From Sedimentisphaerales bacterium (GTDB lineage Bacteria; Planctomycetota; Phycisphaerae; Sedimentisphaerales; Anaerobacaceae), in contig JAXGYC010000011.1 of assembly GCA_040772485.1 (NCBI GenBank), positions 32,001 to 96,000 on the forward strand: 64,000 bases of DNA, written 5' to 3'. Shown here one piece after another: positions 1 to 9,020 of the stretch; within the stretch, counting starts at the first letter, position 1; every line of letters starts with the position of its first letter. Under the pieces are notes generated by a model. That model worked only from the letters and a program-made list of their open reading frames with translations. It was not told the origin of the DNA and did not search any database. The position numbers and the translations under genes are program-made.

Positions 1-1116
1 CGTGCCGTCGAGGACCTTGCCGAACCCGTCGGCAACATAGACGTCGCCCTTCTGGAGCATGTCGATGGGCCAGGAATTCGAGTTGCCCAGGCGCCCTTCG
101 GCGTGTCCCTGGTCCATGATCGCCTTGTTGAGGTCGGGCTGCATGGGCATATACTGCGCGGTCAGCACGCGTCCGACGATCGCCTCGTCGGGACGCATAA
201 CCTGCCAGCCCAGTGCCGTCTCGTAGCAGTTGTGATAGCCGGCGCCGCTGACGATGCCCCAGGCCATCGTGACTGGCACGTTCCGCATCCGTTTGAGCAG
301 ATCATCGGACACCATCGGCCGGCCGTCGGCCATCCGAGGCCCGGTCCATTTCGACGTGCACTGCAGCACGCGGATGGGACAGGACACCACCGGCGGTTCG
401 ATGCCGCCATCGGCCGCCTGGATGCGGAGGTTGCGCCAGCGGACCTCGTAGGGACCGGCCTCGTTCCCGATGCCGTGCACCTGGAGGCCGATGATGCCAC
501 GGGCGGTCATGCTGTCCCGCAGATCCACACAAGCGACATCGTTGACCCATGTCCGGATCCGGTCGCCCTTGCACTCGATGCGGTACTTGTTCCACTGGCC
601 GTCCTTGAACGCCTTGCTCGCGACAGGATCGCTCGTCGTGCTGGCCAGCATGAAGCCGCGGCGCGCCTCGTCGTAGATGCTGCCCGAGGAACCGGCCTTC
701 TCGGTGGCGATCTCCACCTGATAGCCATAGACGCGGTCGGCCGGAATCACGACCGACTGAGGCTTTCCGTCCCGGCTGGCAAACACGAACGCCATCTCCG
801 TCGGCGCGATCTGACTGCGGACCTGCACACCGGAATTGAGCCGAGGGTCCACCTTGACCTCGAACTCCAGTACAAAGTCGCCGTACTGCCGATCCGTGCA
901 GAGGAACGTGTTGGGGCTTCCTTTGACCGTCGTGCCGACGATCTCGTCGCCCTCGACGTGGTACCGGGCGGTGCCGCTGTGGACCGACCAGCCGTTCAGC
1001 GTCTTGCCATCGAACAGAGAAATCCACTGGTCCCGATCCTGGCTCCGAGCCGGACCTGCCCCCACGGCAGCGAGCAGCAGCACGATCGCCGCTCCAAACA
1101 CCCATCTACGATTCAT
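1..1116 (-). CDS. Secreted DUF1080 (3-keto-disaccharide hydrolase-like) domain fused to an RraA/HMG-aldolase-like domain; runs off the left edge
   Basis: Absent from the ORF track because it has no stop in the window. Manual translation from ATG 1116: signal peptide MNRRWVFGAAIVLLLAAVGAGPARS, DUF1080 motifs SLFDGKTLNGW / NSGVQVRS / IGLQVH / VRWRNLRI, then DGRPMVSDDLLKRMR...IVGRVLTAQYMP...NSWPIDMLQKGDVYVADGFGK (RraA-like). Confidence 0.8.
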   Translation of the reverse strand, partial: MNRRWVFGAAIVLLLAAVGAGPARSQDRDQWISLFDGKTLNGWSVHSGTARYHVEGDEIVGTTVKGSPNTFLCTDRQYGDFVLEFEVKVDPRLNSGVQVRSQIAPTEMAFVFASRDGKPQSVVIPADRVYGYQVEIATEKAGSSGSIYDEARRGFMLASTTSDPVASKAFKDGQWNKYRIECKGDRIRTWVNDVACVDLRDSMTARGIIGLQVHGIGNEAGPYEVRWRNLRIQAADGGIEPPVVSCPIRVLQCTSKWTGPRMADGRPMVSDDLLKRMRNVPVTMAWGIVSGAGYHNCYETALGWQVMRPDEAIVGRVLTAQYMPMQPDLNKAIMDQGHAEGRLGNSNSWPIDMLQKGDVYVADGFGKVLDGT

Positions 1117-1201
1117 ACGGCACCCCTTTCACCTGTTGATGTCACGCAACACCGCTTCTCGGGCAAATGCCTCCAGGCGTTCACGCGCGTGTCGTCGCAC
1201 G

Positions 1202-2152
1202 TCATCGATAGCCCTCCCGTGTCAGCCGAATCACCGCGTCGACATTGTCACGGTCGATGATCGCCGCTCCCGCGTCGATATCCGACGGCTGGATCTGGTA
1301 ACGGCAGTAGAGCGCAAGCTGCACGACGGGATAGAACCCCTGGATGTACGGCTGCTGGTCCACGGTGCAGCGAATCACGCCGGCCTTGACCAGACGCAAG
1401 GTGGTATCGGACAGGTCGAACCCGGCCGACCAATACCCCCGGCCCGCGAAGTGCTGCTCCAAGGCCAGACCCGCCGCCTCGGTGTCGGATTGACCGGTCC
1501 CAAGGACGATACGGATGTCGGCGTGCTCGCGCAGCGTTTCGGCGATGCGCTCCGCGCCTCTGGCGGAATCGTTACCCGTGACGAGCACGGTCCATCGGAC
1601 CCCTTTGTCCTTGAGCACGTCCTGCAAGCCTCGTAAGCGGTCTTCGAGCGCCGAGACCCCTTCGTCGTGCATCGTCATCAGAACGTGTGCATCGGCGGAA
1701 ATCTCCGGCAGCAGTTCCGAAGCCAGCGACCGCCCCGCTTCATAGAGCCGCTGGTTAACGCTCGCAAGCCGGGCGTTGGGCGAGGCGTGGTCATCCACGT
1801 TGAACGCGACGACCGGCACACCCTGATCGATGGCCTCCCGGACCACGTCGTCAAACGCCTCCGGGTCGATGAGATTGAGCGCGATGCCGTCGTAGCCTTC
1901 CTTGACCGCCCGGCGCACCATCGCTGCCTGAGCCGGGACATCGACGCCTTCGGTGCCGAGAAAGTCCGCCTCCACGCGCATCATCTGTGCGGCGTCACGC
2001 ACACCCTTCTTCACCGGCCGGAAGAACTTGGCATCGACCGTGCAGGTGATGAATGCAAACCGCAGCGGCCCGTCCTCCGGCAAGCGGCTCGGCCGGCCCA
2101 TGCCGCAGCCGGCGACCATCATCGTAACAATCGACACTACAAGGAGCCGCAT
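1202..2152 (-). CDS. Sugar-binding periplasmic lipoprotein (type I periplasmic binding protein, RbsB-like)
   Basis: Lipobox VAGC; motifs FFRPVKKGVRDAA, YDGIAL, PVVAFNVD, GFDLS, TVDQQPYIQG. Confidence 0.88.
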   Translation of the reverse strand: MRLLVVSIVTMMVAGCGMGRPSRLPEDGPLRFAFITCTVDAKFFRPVKKGVRDAAQMMRVEADFLGTEGVDVPAQAAMVRRAVKEGYDGIALNLIDPEAFDDVVREAIDQGVPVVAFNVDDHASPNARLASVNQRLYEAGRSLASELLPEISADAHVLMTMHDEGVSALEDRLRGLQDVLKDKGVRWTVLVTGNDSARGAERIAETLREHADIRIVLGTGQSDTEAAGLALEQHFAGRGYWSAGFDLSDTTLRLVKAGVIRCTVDQQPYIQGFYPVVQLALYCRYQIQPSDIDAGAAIIDRDNVDAVIRLTREGYR

Positions 2153-2182
2153 GACGTCACCTCTCAAGGATCGACGGATTCG

Positions 2183-3853
2183 CTATCGGAACACGACATA
2201 CAGAACAATCATCGTCAGCGCCAGCAGCGCGCTGAGGAACTTGTAGTTGCCCAGGCCGGGCCAGCCTTTCTCGCGCAGAGGCTCCAACGGAGACTTCCAG
2301 ACCAGGGCCATCTTCTGCTCCGTCGGCTCATCCGGGAAGGCGAGCGAAAGGACGATCATCACCATCCCGCAGAGGCACGCGAGAAGGAAGCTGATCACCA
2401 TGAAGTTCAGGAACCCAAAACCGGAATGAGCCGTCTTGAACGCCGCCAGGAGCTTGGTGAAGTCCAGAAGGAAGACAACGAAGCCTACCGCCGAGCCGGT
2501 GATCAGCGTGATGAACGACGCCTTGGAAGAGGCTCTCCTCCAGAACACGCCGGCGACAAACACCACGGTGATCGGCGGCGCCAGGTAGCTGATCGCCGCA
2601 TTGATGCCCTGAAAGACCGTGGGGAAGCGGCCGCACAGGGGCGACCAGACCACCGCCAGGACCATTGCGACAAACGTCACGATTCGCCCGATCATCACAA
2701 GCTTGTCTTCCGACGTGCCGGGCGCCCAGCGTTTGTAGAGATCGTAGGAGAACAACGTGGCCGCCGAGTTCAGAGCGCCGGACACCGTGCTCATCAGCGC
2801 CGCCATCAGGGCGGCTGCAACAACGCCCCGCAAGCCAACCGGCAGCAACGTGCCGATCATGTGCGAGTAGGTCAGCGCCGCGTCGGGCTGACCTTGCTCG
2901 TTCAGCGGCAAAGCCGGGATCGCCCCCTTTCGAACCAGGGCCAGACAGACCAGGCCCGGCAGCACGAAGATGAAAACGGGCAGGATCTTGATGAAGCCGG
3001 CGAACAACGGGCCCGTTCGCGCATGGTTCTCGTCCTTGGCGCCGAGGACGCGCTGCACGATGGTCTGGTCGGTACACCAGTACCAGATCCCGATGATCGG
3101 ATAGCCCAGAAACACGGAATACCAGGGCAGCCCCGAGGCGTCGCCCGCCGGACGCAACACGGTGAGCTTCACCGGGTCCACCTGCTCGGCCAACCCGCTC
3201 CAGCCGCCGACCTTGACCAGACTGATCGCGGTCAGGATGATCGCGCCGGCCAGAAGGATGATCGTCTGGACGGACTCGGTGAGCACGACCGCCATCAGAC
3301 CGCCGACCATCGTGTACAAACCGGTGATCGCCGCGATCAGAACGATGCTCCACATCTTCGGGATGCCGAAGAGCCCCTCCAGGACGGTCGCCCCCGCGTA
3401 CAGGGAAAACCCGATGTGAATGAAGATCGCTGAGACGATCGACAGGACCGCCAGCCAATCCCGGCTCGCCCGGCTGTACCGCTTCTCCAGGAAATCGGGC
3501 AACGTCGCCACACCCGAGCGGATGTAGAACGGCGCAAAGAACAACGCCAGCGCGATCAGCGTGAACGGCGCCATCCACTCGAAATTGCCATAGGCCAGGC
3601 CGTTCGTATACCCTTCCTCGGCGAGACTGACCAGATGAACCGTCGAGATGTTGGTCGCGAACAGCGCCAGGCCGATCACGGGCCAGCGCAGCGTCTTGCC
3701 CGCGAGAAAGTACTCGTCCGCTCTGTCGCGGGCGCGCCGGCGCAGACCTGCCCAACAACCCAGAGCGAGGATTCCCACGATGTAGGCAACGATGATCGCA
3801 GTGTCGGCCCAACCGATCTGCACGGAACTCTCCTTAGAGAAGAATCCTTTCAC
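2183..3853 (-). CDS. Sodium:solute symporter (SSS family, SGLT-like); start may be GTG 3823
   Basis: YFLAGKTLRWPVIGLALFATNIS, TLPDFLEKRY, GGLMAVVLTE, WYWCTDQTIVQRVLGAK; multiple TM segments. Confidence 0.93.
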   Translation of the reverse strand: MKGFFSKESSVQIGWADTAIIVAYIVGILALGCWAGLRRRARDRADEYFLAGKTLRWPVIGLALFATNISTVHLVSLAEEGYTNGLAYGNFEWMAPFTLIALALFFAPFYIRSGVATLPDFLEKRYSRASRDWLAVLSIVSAIFIHIGFSLYAGATVLEGLFGIPKMWSIVLIAAITGLYTMVGGLMAVVLTESVQTIILLAGAIILTAISLVKVGGWSGLAEQVDPVKLTVLRPAGDASGLPWYSVFLGYPIIGIWYWCTDQTIVQRVLGAKDENHARTGPLFAGFIKILPVFIFVLPGLVCLALVRKGAIPALPLNEQGQPDAALTYSHMIGTLLPVGLRGVVAAALMAALMSTVSGALNSAATLFSYDLYKRWAPGTSEDKLVMIGRIVTFVAMVLAVVWSPLCGRFPTVFQGINAAISYLAPPITVVFVAGVFWRRASSKASFITLITGSAVGFVVFLLDFTKLLAAFKTAHSGFGFLNFMVISFLLACLCGMVMIVLSLAFPDEPTEQKMALVWKSPLEPLREKGWPGLGNYKFLSALLALTMIVLYVVFR

Positions 3854-3864
3854 ACAGCGTCACG

Positions 3865-3892
3865 GTAGGGGCGAATGATTATTCGCCCCTAC
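3865..3892. repeat. GTAG-type REP-like palindrome, copy 1
   Basis: GTAGGGGCGAAT-GATT-ATTCGCCCCTAC: perfect 12-bp arms, intergenic; near-identical copy at 11270-11297. Confidence 0.75.
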
Positions 3893-6800
3893 GGGTTAAC
3901 GTCCGTCCCAGTTGGCGGTCTGTCCGCGAGCCAAGTCCAGGTCGGCAGTAACCTGCCCATAGCGAAGCCGGCAGGGTCTGCCCGCAAGAGAACGAATGGT
4001 CGAGGAAATGAGCCGGCCTTCCTTCCACTCGATATCCACTTCGAAGCCGCCCCGGGCGCGGAGCCCTCTGACCGATCCGCTCGGCCAGGCTTTGGGCAGT
4101 GCCGGCAGCAATTCGATCCGATCCGTGTGGCTTTGCAGCAGCATCTCCGCGATACCGGCGGTGGCGCCGAAGTTGCCGTCGATCTGGAACGGCGGATGCG
4201 CGTCGAACAGGTTGGGGTATACTCCCCCGCCGTCCTGGTAGTCCGTGCCTTTGAATGCAACCGGCGTCAGGAGATTGCGCAGCAGCGTGTAGGCATGGTC
4301 GCCGTCGAGCAGTCGGGCCCAGAAGTTGATCTTCCAGGCACGGCTCCATCCGGTGCCGCCGTCACCGCGAGCGTTGAGCGAGACCGCCGCCGCCTGGGCC
4401 AGTTCGGGCGTGATGCGCGGCGCGATCTGGCGTCCCGGATGCAGACCGAACAGGTGCGAGACATGCCGATGCTGGTCCTTGGGGTCGTCGCGGTCGGTCA
4501 TCCACTCCTGCAACTGGCCCCACTTGCCGATCTGTGGACCGAGCAGCCGCTCCCGCAAGCCGGCCAGATGATCGCGAAACTCGCGGTCGATGCGCAATTC
4601 GTCGGCTGCCTCGATCGTGTTGGTGAACAGGTCCCAGACCAGCATCTGATCGTAGGTGACACCCTGCTCCTCGGGGCCATGCTCGGGCGACCAGCCGTCG
4701 GGGGTCACCAGTTGGCCGTCGGGCAGCGCGACCAGGCGGTCTATCCAGAAGTGGCACACTTCCTTGAGGATCGGATACGCCCTGTCGCGAAGATAGGCCT
4801 TGTCCTGCCCGAAGGCGTAGTGCTCCCAGAGATGCTGGCAGTACCACGCGCTGCCCGGCGGATTCCATCGCCAGCTTGAACCGCCGTAGATGTTGTTCTC
4901 GGTCTGGACGGTCCAGCCCCGTTCGCACTTGTAGTACTCCTGCGTCGCCCGCTTGCGGACCTGCCGCTGATTGTCGATGTAATCGACGAAAGGCACGTGA
5001 CACTCGGCCAGGTTGGTCGGCTCGGCGGGCCAGTAGTTCATCTGGACGTTGATGTTCGAATGGTAGTCGGACCGCCAAGGGGGATTGTTGCTGTGGTTCC
5101 ACAGCCCCTGGAGATTGGCGGGCAAACCGCCGGGCCTGGATGAACTGATCAGCAGATAGCGGCCGTACTGAAAGAACAGCTCTTCGAGATCAGGATCGTT
5201 CTTCCTGTCGCGGTGATAGGCGAGAATCCGCTGGTCGGTGGGCCGAGCCAAGGTTTCGTTTGAAGAAGCGCCCAGATCTAATTCCACCCGGTCGAACAGG
5301 GCTTGGTAGTCGTCGACGTGGGCCTTTCGCAACTCGTCATACGACTTGCGCGCCGCGCTTTCGACGGCCTGCACGAGACGTTCGTGAGGATGGGACCCGC
5401 GCCAACCTCGATCCGAACGGTTCACGTAGTTGGTGCCAGCGGCCAGCAGGATCGTCAGGCTGTCGGCGTTGGAGAACGTCAGCCTGCCATCGGTGGCACG
5501 CACGTCTGCCCCTTCGCAAAGCAGGCGTACCTGCGCCTCGTATTCAAGACCATTGTCCAATCGGCCCGACGCCATGAGACCACTGCCCCAGGTCTGAACC
5601 GGCGCATCGTGGGCGTCACTCAGCCCGAGAGTTCCGCTGTAGCTGCCCGGGCGGCTCGCCGTAAATCGCAGGACCATCACACGGTCGGGATGGCTGCAAA
5701 ACGCCTCACGCTCGTAGACCACTCCGCCCCTGCGGTAGCGGACACGGTGCGTCGCCGTGGTCAGGTCCAATTCGCGCCGGTATTCGAGCGGCGCCGCGTC
5801 GCCGCCTGCCGACAGATCGAGCACCAGATCGCCGAAATTCTGGTACGCGCCGGTGTCCTTCTCGTCGCCGGTCCACAGGCTCTGCTCGTTGAATTGGATG
5901 CGGACGGCGTCCACGCCGCCGAAGAGCATCGCGCCAAGCGAGCCGTTGCCGATGGGCAAGGCCTCGGTCATCCAATCGGTCGCCGGCTTGTCGTAGCGCA
6001 GGGCAAGGTCGGTCCGCGAGCCTGCAGGATGGGCTCTGGCCCATGCTGCTTTTTGGCCGCCTGCGAATCCGGCCAGGGCATAGACCAAGCCCGCCTGCCA
6101 GTTGATCGCAATCTCGTTGGTGCGATAGTCCTCCTGCTCGTCGCGCCAGCCGGTCGCAGAGTGTCCGCCTCCAATGACGTAGCCGGGCCAGGGCTGTTCG
6201 ATGCCGTCGGCCCCGCAGCGGCGGTCGTGCGGGTGCATGGCCGGATCGATTCCCAGCCCCGTGACATAAGACCGATTGTAGTAGTTGCGGCCGAACAGGT
6301 GCGCAACGGCGTCCAATGCGGCGTTCAGATATTCGGGCTTCGGCGAGAGCCTGTACGCCACCTGAAGGTTCAGCACCTGTCGGGCGGCCGTGCCGTTGCA
6401 GCCCCAGTAGTAGCGTCGCATCGCACGGCCGTACACGTCTTCATTGGCCTGGGCCACCAGCCGATCGGCGGTCGAGAGCACATCATCCCGTACACTCGCC
6501 AGCAGCTCGGCGTTCTTCCCCTCGCGTTTCGACAGGACGTAGGTAAACATCGCGAGATTCCGCACGTTGCCCCAGTCCCAATCCTCGTCAATCGTGCCGG
6601 CCTGAACAGGCCTCCTGCCGCGTGCAGGTGGCGCCGCAGCTCGCTCCTCGAAATCCTTCAGGCACCGGGCGTCGCCGGTGGTCTCCCACATCTCGATGGC
6701 CGCCCAGAGCCGGTCGTCGGAATCGCTGGTCTGGTATCCGCCCGTTCGGAAGTCGCCTTGCTGGAACCGCTTGTCTTCGGGGTTGGCCTGGAGAAAGGCA

Positions 6801-7226
6801 TAGCTGGTCCGAGCGGCATCGAGGCACTTCTGTGCGTAGGCGGCGTCGTACGGCTGGAAGTGGCGGGCGGCCACGGCCATCATCGCGACGAAATCGGCGG
6901 TCGCGGCCGAGCTCCACTCCGTGAAATAGCGTTTGGCTTCATCCTTCTCCGGCATGATGAAACCCGAGAAGCTCGTCCTCGTCAGCTTGTGTGAGACCCT
7001 GCCCGAGCCGTCCGGATACGGCATCTTCAGCAGCCAGTCGGTCTCCCACTTGAGCTCCTTGAGAAAGTCCGGATAGCCCGGCGCGGTGTCAGGAAGACCG
7101 AGCGAGAGATCCTTGAGCTTGTCCTGGAAATGGTCCCACGCCAGGAACAGACAGCCGACGGTGATCCCGGCGTTGACGGTGTACTTGCCGTAATCGCCTG
7201 CATCATGCCAGCCCCCGGTCCCGTCT

Positions 7227-8424
7227 CTGAATCATCCCCAGTTTAAGGTAGGGCCCAATGAAAAGGTCGACTCTTTGACGATGAGAGTTGGTGAAAGAAA
7301 TCACAATGCCAACTCGATCGAAAGGAGTCGACCATGAAACGCCAGGAGATTTCGGATTTTGTACGTTCGGTATGCTCTTGTCTTCGGCTCTCGCAGGCCA
7401 AAACCTTGAGCGTCTTGGTTCCGGCGGCGATGATCGTGGTGCGGGCCTCGCTGGCCCAACTGGGACGGGCATTGGCGGGGCAATCGGCGCTGGCCGCCAA
7501 GCAGGGGATCAAGCGGGTCGACCGCTTTGTAGGAAACACTCGGGTCGAGCCGAGCGAAGCGATGCGGGGCGTGGTCCAGTGGCTCGCCCAACCCCGAAAA
7601 AAGCTGCTGGTGAGCCTCGATTGGGTGGATATCCGCCACTTTCAGTGCCTGGTCCTGGCGGCTCGTCTGCGAGGCCGGGCCTTGCCTTTGCTGTGGGCGG
7701 TGTACCGTTACGAGGAGGTCTATCGCTCGCAGAACAATCTGGAATACGGGTTGCTGCGTCTGTTTCACACCATGGTGGCCGCTTCGGTCCGGGTGACGCT
7801 TCTCGCCGATCGGGGGTTCGGTCGAACGGAGATGGCCCGCGTGTGCCAGGAACTGAAGTTCCATTACATCATCCGCATCCAGCCGTCGGTGTGGGTGAGC
7901 AGTTCGCGGTTCACCGGTCGCCTGGCGGATTACCCGATCCATCGGGGCCAGAGACACCTGCTACGCCACGTCTCGTATCGCAAAGAGCGGCCCGTCGTGC
8001 AGGACGTGGCTGTGGTTTGGCTGCCGGATCAGTCGGAACCCTGGTATCTGATGACGGACGAAGAGCACCTTCGCGCCCAAGTCTTGTCCAAGGTCTTTGC
8101 GCGGCGGATGAGCATTGAAGAGTACTTTCGTGACGTGAAAAACAAACGCAATGGGTTTGCTCTGCGTTTGATCCAGATCAAGGATTCCCAGCGTTTGAGT
8201 CGGTTTCTGCTTATTCTGGCCTTGGCGTATCTGCTCCTGGTGACGGTCGGCCTGTACGCCTCCGAACGATTCCGCCCCGGCCGGTGGTGCTCCAACAACC
8301 GGACGGGCGAATGCAGTCTCTTCACCATCGGCCTGTTCATGCAAACCTGCCCTCTCCCCACCTGCCAGTATCTCTTGCGCCGCTTGAAGCACGAACTCCT
8401 CGGTCAAAACTGGGGATGACTCAG
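7227..8424 (+). mobile_element. IS4-family (IS10-like) insertion sequence, 1198 bp
   Basis: 18-bp terminal inverted repeats CTGAATCATCCCCAGTTT (7227-7244) and AAACTGGGGATGACTCAG (8407-8424), one mismatch; 9-bp target duplication GTCCCGTCT at 7218-7226 and 8425-8433. Confidence 0.95.
7334..8419 (+). CDS. IS4-family DDE transposase
   Basis: 361 aa; SLDW (D), LADRGFG (D), RRMSIEEYFRDVK (E, YREK-like); AAGGAG RBS; the stop lies inside the right IR. Confidence 0.93.
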   Translation: MKRQEISDFVRSVCSCLRLSQAKTLSVLVPAAMIVVRASLAQLGRALAGQSALAAKQGIKRVDRFVGNTRVEPSEAMRGVVQWLAQPRKKLLVSLDWVDIRHFQCLVLAARLRGRALPLLWAVYRYEEVYRSQNNLEYGLLRLFHTMVAASVRVTLLADRGFGRTEMARVCQELKFHYIIRIQPSVWVSSSRFTGRLADYPIHRGQRHLLRHVSYRKERPVVQDVAVVWLPDQSEPWYLMTDEEHLRAQVLSKVFARRMSIEEYFRDVKNKRNGFALRLIQIKDSQRLSRFLLILALAYLLLVTVGLYASERFRPGRWCSNNRTGECSLFTIGLFMQTCPLPTCQYLLRRLKHELLGQNWG

Positions 8425-9020
8425 GTCCCGTCTCTCTTGACGCCCTCCCGTCCCAGGTAGTCCTCGTAGCCGTCGTCCAGGTGGCAGGCGTGGTGGGTGT
8501 AGCGAACCCCATTGTGGACGCCCTCGACGGCGCAGCCGCACCGCCAGAGATAGAAACCGCGCATTGCTGTGACATAAGCGAAATCGTAGACTTTCTCGCC
8601 GATCTCGAAGTCGATCGAGCGTCCTACGCCGGGGACGTCGAGGTAGAACTTGCCGTCGCTATGCAGCTCTGAGAAATCGGCAATCCAGACGTCCTGGCTC
8701 ACGTCTTCCTGGCGTCGAGGTCCGGCTGCCCGGCCCGAGTATACCACCGCGCCGTCGGAGGCGCGCTTCACGGCGAAATCGGAGCAAGACGCGGCGATCG
8801 ACGCCTTCTTCGCCAATCCGGGAAGAAAGCCGAGCGAATTGAGACGGATGTCCGAATCCGCCGCCGGAACCTCACTCGTGATCGACAGGGCAATCACTGC
8901 AACAAGCAACAGACGTCTCTGCATTCTCATACCTCCTTCAATCCGCGTGCGACTCGTGGAAGGCGGATTCGATCTCGAACCGGCACACTGGGACGAGTCC
9001 GAAACATCGTCCCCGATGGG

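Larger units (their letters stand above)
3896..8930 (-). pseudogene. Signal peptide + Ig-like/CelD_N + GH9 glucanase + GH95 alpha-L-fucosidase fusion, interrupted by an IS (reconstructed 1275 aa)
   Basis: Removing the IS and one TSD copy joins 8930-8425 to 7217-3896 in frame (3828 nt): ...[22 protein letters not shown]9 motifs also include HPHDRR and [13 protein letters not shown]95 motifs: [46 protein letters not shown]. Confidence 0.9.
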
